Shown here: positions 9,465 through 18,421 of the stretch, piece after piece | How the letters are laid out: each line of letters starts with the position of its first letter | Position numbering within the stretch: the first letter of the stretch is position 1 | Assembly: GCA_031370545.1 (NCBI GenBank) | Contig: JANMQQ010000037.1 | Location: forward strand, 1 to 35,425 | DNA from: Gammaproteobacteria bacterium | Lineage (GTDB): Bacteria > Pseudomonadota > Gammaproteobacteria > SG8-11 | Length of the DNA: 35,425 nucleotides | Direction: 5' to 3' | Program-made: the position numbers and the translations under genes | Notes under the pieces: generated by a model | Seen by the model: the letters and a program-made list of their open reading frames with translations, nothing else | What the model was told of the DNA's origin: nothing | The model's database searches: none

Positions 9465-10004
9465 TCAGGTCACAGGACAGGTTGTAATGGGCAAGGTGGA
9501 AGGACTTCCTGCGACATTTACGGCCACGTTTCGTCCTGCAGCGAAGCCTTTAACGCAAAATTCAAAATTGTAGGTTGTGCCGGCCGGAACCGAAAATCCC
9601 TGACGACCGAATTTCACCTTGGTAATACTTGCTCCCGCAGTGATGACTAGTTCCGCAGGAAACGCTTCACCTACACCTAAAATTTCATCGTCTCCGTTGG
9701 GCACTCCGTCAAATGTTGAATCCGAAAAAACGATCCAGCCCTGACCCCATTCGGTAGCGTCACACTCCTCGTGTTTACTTGTGGCATCCACCTTGCCGGT
9801 ACTCGCACACAGTGTCGCACCGCGACCGCGCGCTTCCAGCCGTGCCAGCTGCAACGCTTGCACGAAGGTATTCACACTGGTTGAAAGTCTGTTGGAGCGC
9901 ATAAAGTTGATGTAATTGGGCACGGCAACCGCCAGCAGTATTACAGCGACCGCAACGGTGACCATGATCTCAATTAACGTGAACCCCCTTGGCGTACCAC
10001 TCAT
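9465..10004 (-). CDS. fimT: Type IV minor pilin FimT/FimU (cluster A)
   Basis: RG|FTLIEIMVTVAV, LARLEA and W.QGWIVF (GspH/FimT-like). ATG at 10004 has a GGGGAG RBS 8 nt upstream; ATG at 10043 is an alternative. Confidence 0.88.
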   Translation of the reverse strand: MSGTPRGFTLIEIMVTVAVAVILLAVAVPNYINFMRSNRLSTSVNTFVQALQLARLEARGRGATLCASTGKVDATSKHEECDATEWGQGWIVFSDSTFDGVPNGDDEILGVGEAFPAELVITAGASITKVKFGRQGFSVPAGTTYNFEFCVKGFAAGRNVAVNVAGSPSTLPITTCPVT

Positions 10005-10089
10005 CACCCTAACTCCCCCATGCGTAGCGCTTGGTGTTGTCATGATTGAATACTATCGACGCTCATCATCTTGTGCCCTTCACGCCGCG

Positions 10090-10120
10090 ACCGCCGGTCC
10101 GCTGGTTCCACCCGTTAGTC
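10090..10120. promoter_or_regulatory. Putative LytTR (AlgR-type) direct-repeat site upstream of pilin cluster A
   Basis: ccgccggtc (10091-10099) and ccgttagtc (10112-10120) are 21 bp apart and resemble the AlgR box CCGTTCGTC. 21/31 ungapped identity with 18241-18271. Confidence 0.5.
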
Positions 10121-10147
10121 TTACTCAGAGGCAAGTCAAAAATGATA

Positions 10148-10163
10148 TGTGAAACGCATCACA
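10148..10163. promoter_or_regulatory. CRP/Vfr-type binding site upstream of pilin cluster A
   Basis: TGTGA-aacgca-TCACA is a perfect TGTGA-N6-TCACA core. Confidence 0.7.
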
Positions 10164-10560
10164 TGAATCTGAAACTCGATTGCGATGAATGGTCGGGGCT
10201 CATCACAATGCGGGCTAAATATATAACACACGCCACCTTGCGCATGAGCAAGCGGCGTCACATCGCGAAGCGATGAGGAGAGCGATATTCAATTTGGCTG
10301 CCTCTTAGAGAAACTCAGCAAAAATTTTATGTTTACCGGAGGAACAACCGGTTAGGAATGGTGCGATGAGTTTTGTGGAGTGACAACGGCGCTTTGGAGA
10401 AGAAGACGCGTGCCAAGCGAATGAATGCTGTTACCGATTCACCCGCCGACACTGCGAACCCCGATTCCCAGCCCGACTGCTCGGGGTCTGTACAACCCAT
10501 CTACCCGTTAAATTCGGCTGAGTTTTGTTAACAGGCAGTTAAATTCAGGACGGAAATTAC

Positions 10561-10579
10561 GGCGCGGCGGCGCCGCACC
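10561..10579 (-). terminator. Possible weak intrinsic terminator or stabilising hairpin after pilE of cluster B
   Basis: On the - strand, GGTGCGGC-GCC-GCCGCGCC forms a hairpin about 30 nt after the stop. It is followed by GTAATTT, a poor U-tract. Confidence 0.3.
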
Positions 10580-10606
10580 GAGCACTTGTAGTACCGGCAA
10601 TCTTCT

Positions 10607-11059
10607 TCACTTGCCCCAACAAGTCTGCCGGTTTGGCGTACCGTCACGCTTGCCACTTGAATAAAGCATAAACACTTTACAGTCATCGCTGGCTTGACCA
10701 CCAATGCCCGTTGCCTTGACAACGAAACTGGTGGTGATTGAGCCGGTATCCCCAGCCGCTACCGTAATATCGTAGTAGCCCCCTGGAGAAACCACCGAGG
10801 TAATGCCATAACGCGCTAAGTCGGCGGCAATCGACGTGGTAAATGTGGCCGGTAACTGCCGGTCAATCAAGTCACTGACAAACTTCTGCTCAGCCTGTGC
10901 GACCTTTTCCAAAGCGGCGATACCATCGGGCCGCTTGCCCTTGCGACTTTGCGCATCGTAAAGCGGGAATGCGACAGCGCTCAAGATGGCCATGATGGCC
11001 ACTGTTACCATCAGCTCGATTAAGGTAAAGCCGCGTTGTTTAATGCGATCCATATGCAT
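10607..11059 (-). CDS. pilE: Type IV minor pilin PilE (cluster B)
   Basis: QRG|FTLIELMVTV and D.C...CWGK motifs. Paralogue of 2903-3385 (shared QSRKGKRP and VAQAEQ). Confidence 0.9.
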   Translation of the reverse strand: MHMDRIKQRGFTLIELMVTVAIMAILSAVAFPLYDAQSRKGKRPDGIAALEKVAQAEQKFVSDLIDRQLPATFTTSIAADLARYGITSVVSPGGYYDITVAAGDTGSITTSFVVKATGIGGQASDDCKVFMLYSSGKRDGTPNRQTCWGK

Positions 11060-11071
11060 GTCACGCCTCGT

Positions 11072-11377
11072 TTATTTTGACGGCAACACCCAAATCTCTG
11101 ACACCGAGTCTTTGACTCCCGGTGGACCACTTATGATTGAAAACTCCACCTTCTGTCCCACCTTCAGTGCACTCAATGATGCTTTATCTTGCGCCGGAGT
11201 GTGCACGCGTATTCCGGGTGCGACCAAAAAGCCGGTGTCGCCAATACTGAGGTACTTATTGCCTGGCGACGGCAGCGCATCAATCGTCCCGTGATTCTGA
11301 GCGCTGTTGGCGACCGAGTTTGCGACCAGACCACCCGCCATCAGCGCTGCGGTAAAAACGCGAACTATCTTGTTCAT
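11072..11377 (-). CDS. Small exported PilY2-like protein (cluster B)
   Basis: GAGGAG RBS and signal peptide. Lies between pilY1 and pilE. Paralogue of 3382-3720. Confidence 0.75.
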   Translation of the reverse strand: MNKIVRVFTAALMAGGLVANSVANSAQNHGTIDALPSPGNKYLSIGDTGFLVAPGIRVHTPAQDKASLSALKVGQKVEFSIISGPPGVKDSVSEIWVLPSK

Positions 11378-11401
11378 GCTGTGCTCCTCTTGAGTGTTGA
11401 G

Positions 11402-14400
11402 TTACTTCAAACGCTGCCAGGAAACGCGGCCCTTTGTCGATCCCGAGCTGTAATTGTCACTGGGTGTGATCCTCAGGGCAGGATCGGTAGCTGAGTGATC
11501 GACAATACCGCCGGCCGATCCATCCGCAAAGTTCATGAGCAGGATATCCGAGGTACCGCCAGAACTTTCCATCAAGGATGCCGCAGACGGAACGCCGTGC
11601 ACTGATTTGTAACCGCTCACCGCCACCAACACACCACCGTACAGCACCTTGTCAGCATCGTTGAACAGGGTGTCGCCATTGATATCCAGCGGCGGCAGGT
11701 AGGTACGGCTGCCGGTGAAAGCGTCGACAATCATAAGATACCCGCTACCGCCGTATTCGCAGATGGCGCTGCTCGGCACAAAGGTGCTGAACAAGATATT
11801 CCCGCCGCGCAGCAAGGCTTCGGTGATCACCCGTTCGCCGTTGTTGGACACCGCGCCCTGCACCACCAGGTCCATATACCAACCCTGCTTGGTGGTCCAG
11901 TCGATGTTGCTGTTACTGGTGATGCGCATATTATCGGCGGTCTCTTGCAAAATGGTCTGCGACACCAGGTTCGTACGCGTGATCGCGGTGAATGCGGGAG
12001 GCGACACTTTCGGCCATTTGTCCCACACGGCGTAGAAGGTCTGAGTCGGCTGACCGAGGCTGGTATTGTCGGCAAATTCGATGTACTTCCCGGTGCCGAA
12101 ATACACCATGTAGCCCGCGCTGATGCCATTGGCATGCGCACCAACCGTTGGGCGCACGGTAATCGACTGCATCTTGCTCGGCACGTCCACGCTCGCGGTG
12201 GTAAACAAGGGCTTGCCCGCAAAGCTGACATTCCAACTGGTCGCAGTGCCGCTGGTGACATCAAAGCGCCACAGGTTGCCGAACAGGTCGCCAGCGTAGA
12301 CGAAATCAGCCACACCGTCAGCATCCACGTCAATGGCCCGCGCACCCGCCAGACCATTGGGTCGCCCGTTGGTTGAGCAGAACACCGCTGTGCCGACGCA
12401 CTCCGGATCTGCACTACGTCCTTTTCCTGTGTCGATCTTGCGCAGCAACGCGCCGGTCTGCAAATTGACCACATAGAGCACTGCATTACCCGTAGTACTC
12501 GCACGACCATCGGCGACGGTGTTGTTGTAGCCGTTGCCGAACACCGCTGCCCAATTGCCGTCGGCCATTTTCGCTATTGCAGGTTCGCTGAACGTGTAAC
12601 CCAGATCGGCATCGCCGAACGAGCCAACCGCACCGCTACCGTTGTCGGTGAATTCCCACAAGGCAAGGGTCGCGGCATTCGACTCACTGAAGCTGCCGGG
12701 GTTGGTTATATCGAGTGCGAACATGGCCTGCCCGCCAGCGCGCAGTCCGCCCACCAATACCGTATGCCAACTCGAACCGAACTTGGCGTCGCCCACGGTG
12801 GGCGAGCCATCGACATAGTACTTGTGTGTGTAGGAAATGTTGGCGAGGTTGGGCAAGTTGCCGTACACCACACTCGGAACATACGCGATCAGCTCCTTGC
12901 CGGTATCGGTGAGCGCACCACCGGCGCTGTCGACTTGCGCATTGAACCCATGCAGCATGCCGTCGTTCGCACCCGTGTAGACCATCGGAATGCGGGTGCT
13001 CATGGTGCTGATGTGGGTAAGGTAACTTGCATCGCTGGTGGTCCACACGCTGGACGGGTCAGGTGTACTCACATAAACCGGAGTGGAGTTGATTATGTCG
13101 CCCAGCGGGCGCGAACGGTTGCGCAGGTTTTTCGTGCCGCTGCACGCGGGGCGTAAGCCGACGTAATCAATTTCACAGGCTTGTTCGCCGCGCACGTAAT
13201 CCAATATCTGCTGGCTGACCAAGGCCGTTTTCTGGGCGGCAGGCAGGCTGGCCCACTGGAACGGTATACCCACACGCGCCACCGGATCCATGGTGATGAT
13301 GTTGCGTGTAGCGGGGTCGATGCCTTTGAGCTTGGTACCGGTGTTGGCAACCGCCGCAGTGAGATCGCCGCTGCTGTTCAACGGCAAATAGCGCAGCTCA
13401 CCGGTCCAGTCGGTCGTGTCGTAGCGCGCCTGGAATACCAGGCTGTTGCTGTGCAACGAGGTTGAGTTAAACGCCAAGGCGGCCGACGCCGCAATGCGTC
13501 CCTGGATGCTGTTGATCATGCTCGTCAAGCCGTCGGCCAAGGTGTCTGGATTGTTAGCTTCGATAAATTCCCCGCGGCCATTGTAGGCCGCATGACGCAG
13601 ATCATCGATGCGTTGCTTGTCAGTGAAGTTATCAGCGTTGTTGCTGCTGGCCGTCGGCCAGCCCGGAAAAACACCACCGTTCCACGCGGCGGCGCATGCA
13701 GCATTGCAGGTGGCAGACACAACATGTGCGGTATAGTCTTCCGGCATACCCTTCAGGTTACCATTTAACCCAAATGCGACTGAAAAAGTAACCATGTGCT
13801 GGTGCGTGGCGTTATCCACGCCCGCGATCACCGGCACATTGTTGGCCACAGTCGGAATAATGTCGCGCTCGTAGTAGTACATGGCGACGTCGGCCAGCGT
13901 TCTCGTCACGAGGTCGCCGTAGTTGGGGTAAAGCTTGTTGTCGAAATTCGTGTTCTTATCACCGTCGGCGTTACCGATCGTGCCGCTCATCGTGCTGGAA
14001 TACTCGGTCGTAGTGTCATTGTAAAATCCGTCGGTCATCAGCAACGTAAAGTTCTGCTGGCACGCTCCACCTGAAGCGAGCGGGAGCGGTGCGGCGGCCG
14101 GGCTGGCAAAGGCTATTGCGCTGGTATTGCCGGACAGATATTCACCCGCCTTTCTCAGTCCGGCCCGCAACGGCGTGCCGTTAGCAGGAAAGTTTTTATA
14201 AATGTTGTCCAGCAGGGTCTTACGATTCACGACCCCGGCGGGAGTGGCATCGACCTGACTCATGGGCGTGTTAATGGTTCCGTTATTGTGCAGGGTTGCA
14301 AACCCCATGCGCAGGTTATTGGCATTGGCCACGAGACTGCCCAATGCACTCTTGGCCACCAGATGACGCGCGCGGTAATAGCTGAGCCAGTTCGCGAAGT

Positions 14401-15463
14401 TGATCTGGACGGCTTTCTTCGGATCTGCGTCGTAGCTCACATCCCAGCCGGCCGGGATGACTGCCGGGAGGTTGCCGACCTGATAATCGGTTTGCTCGCC
14501 ATTGTCGAAGAAGGTGGGATTGGTTGCGCTGTCTGTCCAGGTGGAGAAGTGCAACCCTCCCGCCAAGATCGGGTGGTTGTCGCCTGATGCGGGAGTGGCG
14601 TTAGTGCCGACGGTGATATTGGCCAGAGCAGAACCGTTGATGGTTATTGAAGTCACCGTCTTCCACGTTTTAGTGGAGGTCACGGTACTGTTGTTAGGGC
14701 CGGTAATAGTTTCATTCTGTGCAGAGCCACTTGCACTGGTGCCGGTAATGGTGAACGTGCGGCTCGAAATATTTCCGGTCGATGCGATCTTGAGCTTGTC
14801 GGCGGCAGCGAGAGTGAGCGTGCCTCCCGAAGTTAAAGGCCCGTTCAGAGCAAGCGCTCCGGCCCCAAGCGGCTTCTGCGCCAATGCAACGTTGTCGACA
14901 ATTGATATCGCGGAGGCTCGGTTGGTCACGTTGATCCACGAACCGGTGCCGCTGTAATTTTTTACATAGGGATCGTCCCAGGCCTGGGCCGGGTCGATAT
15001 TGCCGAACGCGATCCCGTTTTTGTCGGTGCCGGACCAAGGCTTGTATTGTTTCTTCGGGTTGAAATACATCGGATTGAAGTCGGCGTTACGGAAACGCCA
15101 TTCCAGATCGTCTGCCACATCGCAAGTCGAGGTCGAGTTAAACTGCACCGCGTATTCGTACGGTGCCGCGCAGCCCGCCCGGTTTTTTATACCGCCGCCG
15201 GTGGGTGTAGCGGAGCCGTCCGGTTGCGGATACTTCAATCTTCCATCATTCACATAGTCGCGGGTCATCACGTCCCAGTCCATGCTGCCCGAGTCGTCGG
15301 TCATGAGCAGGATGTTCGCCGGTACCGAGCTGCCGAGATACAGCGGGTAGTCCGCGAGAGTCCAGTTTGCGGCAACCGCGAAAGATGATACGGAACATAA
15401 GCCGGTGGCCAGCGCGAGCTTCACCAAATCATGGAGCGGTTTTTTTGCGGTGTTGCGTTTCAT
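11402..15463 (-). CDS. pilY1: Type IV pilus tip adhesin PilY1 (cluster B) with an inserted N-terminal module
   Basis: Same vWA (DDSGSM, TPL, MTDG), propeller (YTGANDGMLHGF, YAGDLFGNLWRFD) and DVDADGVAD motifs as cluster A. C-terminal GRVSW. ATG at 15463 follows GAGG (GTG at 15469 is an alternative). Confidence 0.95.
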   Translation of the reverse strand: MKRNTAKKPLHDLVKLALATGLCSVSSFAVAANWTLADYPLYLGSSVPANILLMTDDSGSMDWDVMTRDYVNDGRLKYPQPDGSATPTGGGIKNRAGCAAPYEYAVQFNSTSTCDVADDLEWRFRNADFNPMYFNPKKQYKPWSGTDKNGIAFGNIDPAQAWDDPYVKNYSGTGSWINVTNRASAISIVDNVALAQKPLGAGALALNGPLTSGGTLTLAAADKLKIASTGNISSRTFTITGTSASGSAQNETITGPNNSTVTSTKTWKTVTSITINGSALANITVGTNATPASGDNHPILAGGLHFSTWTDSATNPTFFDNGEQTDYQVGNLPAVIPAGWDVSYDADPKKAVQINFANWLSYYRARHLVAKSALGSLVANANNLRMGFATLHNNGTINTPMSQVDATPAGVVNRKTLLDNIYKNFPANGTPLRAGLRKAGEYLSGNTSAIAFASPAAAPLPLASGGACQQNFTLLMTDGFYNDTTTEYSSTMSGTIGNADGDKNTNFDNKLYPNYGDLVTRTLADVAMYYYERDIIPTVANNVPVIAGVDNATHQHMVTFSVAFGLNGNLKGMPEDYTAHVVSATCNAACAAAWNGGVFPGWPTASSNNADNFTDKQRIDDLRHAAYNGRGEFIEANNPDTLADGLTSMINSIQGRIAASAALAFNSTSLHSNSLVFQARYDTTDWTGELRYLPLNSSGDLTAAVANTGTKLKGIDPATRNIITMDPVARVGIPFQWASLPAAQKTALVSQQILDYVRGEQACEIDYVGLRPACSGTKNLRNRSRPLGDIINSTPVYVSTPDPSSVWTTSDASYLTHISTMSTRIPMVYTGANDGMLHGFNAQVDSAGGALTDTGKELIAYVPSVVYGNLPNLANISYTHKYYVDGSPTVGDAKFGSSWHTVLVGGLRAGGQAMFALDITNPGSFSESNAATLALWEFTDNGSGAVGSFGDADLGYTFSEPAIAKMADGNWAAVFGNGYNNTVADGRASTTGNAVLYVVNLQTGALLRKIDTGKGRSADPECVGTAVFCSTNGRPNGLAGARAIDVDADGVADFVYAGDLFGNLWRFDVTSGTATSWNVSFAGKPLFTTASVDVPSKMQSITVRPTVGAHANGISAGYMVYFGTGKYIEFADNTSLGQPTQTFYAVWDKWPKVSPPAFTAITRTNLVSQTILQETADNMRITSNSNIDWTTKQGWYMDLVVQGAVSNNGERVITEALLRGGNILFSTFVPSSAICEYGGSGYLMIVDAFTGSRTYLPPLDINGDTLFNDADKVLYGGVLVAVSGYKSVHGVPSAASLMESSGGTSDILLMNFADGSAGGIVDHSATDPALRITPSDNYSSGSTKGRVSWQRLK

Positions 15464-15507
15464 AATCACGACCTCACTTTGCAGTATTAATTCCAGACAG
15501 TAACGTG

Positions 15508-16092
15508 TTAATTGAACAGGTAAATACTTTGTACGACACGCGTGGTATTGGCATTTAATCCGGTACCACGGGCAGTAATACGGTAGTAACGGGGTGGGTT
15601 TTGATTAGGCTGACCCAGTACACAAACACGGCAGTCATAGAGAAATTCGACAACGTAGCGGGGCTGGTTTCCCGCCGCCAACGTTGGCAAAACGTTCTGC
15701 CCGTCGCGCGCTCCGCCTAGCGGCTCTGCATTGGCGGGATTGTTCCAAAAGCTTGTGCCAACGTAGGGACAATTGGAGTTGACGGCATCGCAAAAGCCGG
15801 CCGGTTTAACAAATGCGCTGCCAGTCAACGGGTCAAGCGCAATCGGGCGCGGGCCGCCATTCGTCCGCAACCAGGTTTCGCCGGCACGCAACGCCGCATC
15901 CGCCGCTTCGAGGGCGAGGCTTTGATCGCGAAGATTGCGCGACATCAACTCCTGCTGAATCGAGCTGCCGCTGGCACTTAACCCCAGCAACGTGAGAATT
16001 ACCAGAAATACCAGACCCATGACCAACGCGCTGCCGCGTTGACGCCATTGCGGTGTTCGCAGCGATTCAGTAATAGCTGGGTGTAATGTCAT
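15508..16092 (-). CDS. pilX: Type IV minor pilin PilX (cluster B)
   Basis: QRG|SALVMGLVFL, AADAALRAGE and YYRITARG motifs. ATG at 16092 overlaps the pilW stop (ATGA). Confidence 0.9.
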   Translation of the reverse strand: MTLHPAITESLRTPQWRQRGSALVMGLVFLVILTLLGLSASGSSIQQELMSRNLRDQSLALEAADAALRAGETWLRTNGGPRPIALDPLTGSAFVKPAGFCDAVNSNCPYVGTSFWNNPANAEPLGGARDGQNVLPTLAAGNQPRYVVEFLYDCRVCVLGQPNQNPPRYYRITARGTGLNANTTRVVQSIYLFN

Positions 16093-16934
16093 ACGCACAA
16101 CGAGCCTCCTGCAAATTTGGCGCAACGGTTGTGTAGCCTGATGGTGGTGGTATAAACCGTGCGCAGCTTACGATCAGTCCAAGGGCCTACAACCGTGCCC
16201 AGCAGATTTTTGGTACCGGTATCTGCGACCGGGCGTGTGGGATCGGTACTAGCAACCAAGAGTGCTACACGTATTGCAATGACTTTCATACGATAGTCGG
16301 TCGGCGCGATCAGTTGATCCCAGCGCATATACCGGTCAACGATTCCATCTCCGGGAACCGTCATATCCACACCGTAAAGAATCTGCATATTCTCGACACC
16401 ATTTGCGACCGCCACACCATTGCAGGTGAGTGTGGAATTCGTGGTGTTAACGGCAATTACATTGGTCACACCCCATCCCGGTACGCCGGTAAAACTACCG
16501 GGTGAAGCGACGGAAGCACCGACACAATTGGTAGGGGCCGGGTTTTGAGGATCGATATATACATTCACCGTGATCCCATCGCTTGCTGTGCCGCTACCTT
16601 CACTACCTATCGCAGGTGCAGCGGCACCGTAGGCCCACTTTTCCATATCGACGCGATCTTTAACCCCGTCACCATTCTGATCACCGACTTGCCCAAGGCT
16701 GCTCCAGGTTGGAACATAACCAATTTGGCCAACTTGGTTGGATACAAAGTCCAGCGCGTAACTTCCATTGTCTTGCATTTGCGCCAGACCCTGGCTGTAA
16801 CGGTTGGCGCCCTTATTGGTTTTAAACACTTGAACCACGCCGCCCATGAGCACCAGCCCCACCACCATGGAAACCATGAGTTCCACCAGTGTCAGACCTC
16901 GCTGACGATGCGCACTACGTGCCTGCTTTTTCAT
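16089..16934 (-). CDS. pilW: Type IV minor pilin PilW (cluster B)
   Basis: QRG|LTLVELMVS and GVENMQILYGVD motifs. ATGA overlap with pilV. Confidence 0.9.
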   Translation of the reverse strand: MKKQARSAHRQRGLTLVELMVSMVVGLVLMGGVVQVFKTNKGANRYSQGLAQMQDNGSYALDFVSNQVGQIGYVPTWSSLGQVGDQNGDGVKDRVDMEKWAYGAAAPAIGSEGSGTASDGITVNVYIDPQNPAPTNCVGASVASPGSFTGVPGWGVTNVIAVNTTNSTLTCNGVAVANGVENMQILYGVDMTVPGDGIVDRYMRWDQLIAPTDYRMKVIAIRVALLVASTDPTRPVADTGTKNLLGTVVGPWTDRKLRTVYTTTIRLHNRCAKFAGGSLCV

Positions 16935-17560
16935 AAGTCGATCACCAAGGAATAACAGTTAAGCTCGGTGACGGCAGCAAGCGCACAATTGCTGGGATCG
17001 GCGCCCACCGGACCGTTGCTGCGATCACCGTCCCAGCGGATCGTGATCGTGTAGCGTTGCCGTTGCGGAGTATTTAACCCTGCCACATTAAGAGGGGCGC
17101 CAGCGACGCCGGAAACCAGACCAGTCAGGCCCACACTGGTGATGTAACCTCCGGCTTTACTGTGATCACCGGGTAGTTGGGCGTTGTTGGCGACCTGCCA
17201 TTCCGTCACGTCAAAAGCAACCATCTCGTTAGGGGTGCAGGTGCTAACACGACAGTCAGTGATGAGTGCGAACACTGTCGCCGGATTATCATAAGCAGCA
17301 CTCGCAGTCATGCCGTTGTATTGCACGACCCCTCCGGGCGCCGGGAAGACCGCTGCCGGATTGGCCCGAATTCGATCCGCCATATCTTGTGCTTGCTGCA
17401 CTGCAATCTGGCGATATGAGGCCCCCGCGCTGCCGCGCAAGGAATACACCTGCAAGCCCGCCAGGCCGAGCATGCCGACGGAAAGAATCAGCAACGCCAC
17501 CATGTTCTCCAGCAGCGTGACACCGCGTTGCCGGGAATAACTCGAAGCATATGAATTCAT
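16931..17560 (-). CDS. pilV: Type IV minor pilin PilV (cluster B)
   Basis: QRG|VTLLENMVALL and DMADRIRANP motifs. ATG at 17560 has an AGGA RBS. Confidence 0.92.
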   Translation of the reverse strand: MNSYASSYSRQRGVTLLENMVALLILSVGMLGLAGLQVYSLRGSAGASYRQIAVQQAQDMADRIRANPAAVFPAPGGVVQYNGMTASAAYDNPATVFALITDCRVSTCTPNEMVAFDVTEWQVANNAQLPGDHSKAGGYITSVGLTGLVSGVAGAPLNVAGLNTPQRQRYTITIRWDGDRSNGPVGADPSNCALAAVTELNCYSLVIDL

Positions 17561-17592
17561 AGCGTGAATCCTTCGAATGCAAAGCGAACTCA

Positions 17593-18117
17593 TCAAGTGC
17601 AACTGTCGTAGTTAGTCGTTGTGGGCAATCCGGCTGAGCTCACGGTGATGGTACGTCCGGTGCCGACTCCGGTACGCCCATTGCAAAAAGTCAAGGTAAG
17701 CGACCCACCGGCCGGAGTTAAATGACCACGATCATCATAGGTCGCCGCTGTTCCACTGGCGGTAATAGTCATGCCGGTTAATGGGCGGTCGCTCACACCG
17801 ACAACACCGGCGCTGTTTACGACAATCCAGCCGGTCACCCAATCCGAGGTGACGGAACTGCAAGTCGTCTGATTAGCGCTGGCGCACAGAGCTGAGCCTC
17901 CATGAGCCACGGCATCATTGCGCGCGTCGCGTATTGCCTGAACGATGCTATTCACGTCGTTGCTGAGCTTGTTGGCGCGCAGAACATCAACGAAGCTCGG
18001 CACCGCAATCGATAACAAAATGACCGCTACCGCCACCGTTACCATCAGCTCAACCAGCGTGAACCCGAGCTGCGGGCGCAGTGCCTTGATGTTCTGGTGA
18101 TGAAATGACTTGCTCAT
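17593..18117 (-). CDS. fimT: Type IV minor pilin FimT/FimU (cluster B)
   Basis: LG|FTLVELMVTVAV, AR.DA and C.S...C...W..GWIV motifs. First gene of the operon. Confidence 0.88.
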   Translation of the reverse strand: MSKSFHHQNIKALRPQLGFTLVELMVTVAVAVILLSIAVPSFVDVLRANKLSNDVNSIVQAIRDARNDAVAHGGSALCASANQTTCSSVTSDWVTGWIVVNSAGVVGVSDRPLTGMTITASGTAATYDDRGHLTPAGGSLTLTFCNGRTGVGTGRTITVSSAGLPTTTNYDSCT

Positions 18118-18240
18118 GTACCTACCCTACGCGCGGCTCGCTATCGGAATCTCGGGATGCGTTCACGCTCGAAATGCGATGTCGCACAACCCTCAGATGG
18201 ATAGCGTCGCGATCAGTACGAGGGGAGAGGTGGCAACGCT

Positions 18241-18271
18241 ACCGCTGGTCAGGTGGTCGAGTGCGTTGGTC
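18241..18271. promoter_or_regulatory. Putative LytTR (AlgR-type) direct-repeat site upstream of pilin cluster B
   Basis: ccgctggtc (18242-18250) and gcgttggtc (18263-18271) are 21 bp apart. Homologous to 10090-10120. Confidence 0.5.
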
Positions 18272-18299
18272 GTGGATTGCGACGTGTCGAGCGGGCTTT

Positions 18300-18315
18300 A
18301 TTGAACTGAGTCACA
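18300..18315. promoter_or_regulatory. CRP/Vfr-like site upstream of pilin cluster B
   Basis: aTTGA-actgag-TCACA starts 29 bp from the end of the distal direct repeat, versus 28 bp in cluster A. Confidence 0.5.
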
Positions 18316-18421
18316 CGACCAAGGCATGGGGATGTCATTGCGAGAATTGCGATAAAGTTGGCGTTTATATCGCACAAAAAATTACGTCACAACATGGCCC
18401 CACAAAGATGGGCTGAGTTGC

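Noticed and set aside
10400-10416. Possible sigma-54 promoter (TTGGCACGCGTCTTCT on the - strand)
   Set aside because: The -24 element is good but the -12 element reads TTCT rather than TTGC, and it is about 400 bp from fimT.
10210-10560. Small ORFs (10046-10276, 10528-10722), short repeats (gttaaattc twice, gagttttgt twice) and a possible sRNA or riboswitch in the inter-cluster spacer
   Set aside because: No RBS or family motifs, and no recognisable riboswitch consensus. The 9-mers could be chance. An Rfam/Infernal scan would be needed to exclude an RNA.
14502-14957. 151-aa + strand ORF spanning the PilY1-B insert
   Set aside because: Antisense shadow of Thr/Ser/Gly-rich codons, with no independent coding signal.
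3741-15463. Shufflon, invertible cassette or diversity-generating retroelement acting on the two pilY1 genes
   Set aside because: No recombinase or reverse transcriptase is present and there are no inverted crossover sites. Shared blocks are only about 20-26 bp at conserved protein motifs, and the differences are not adenine-specific.
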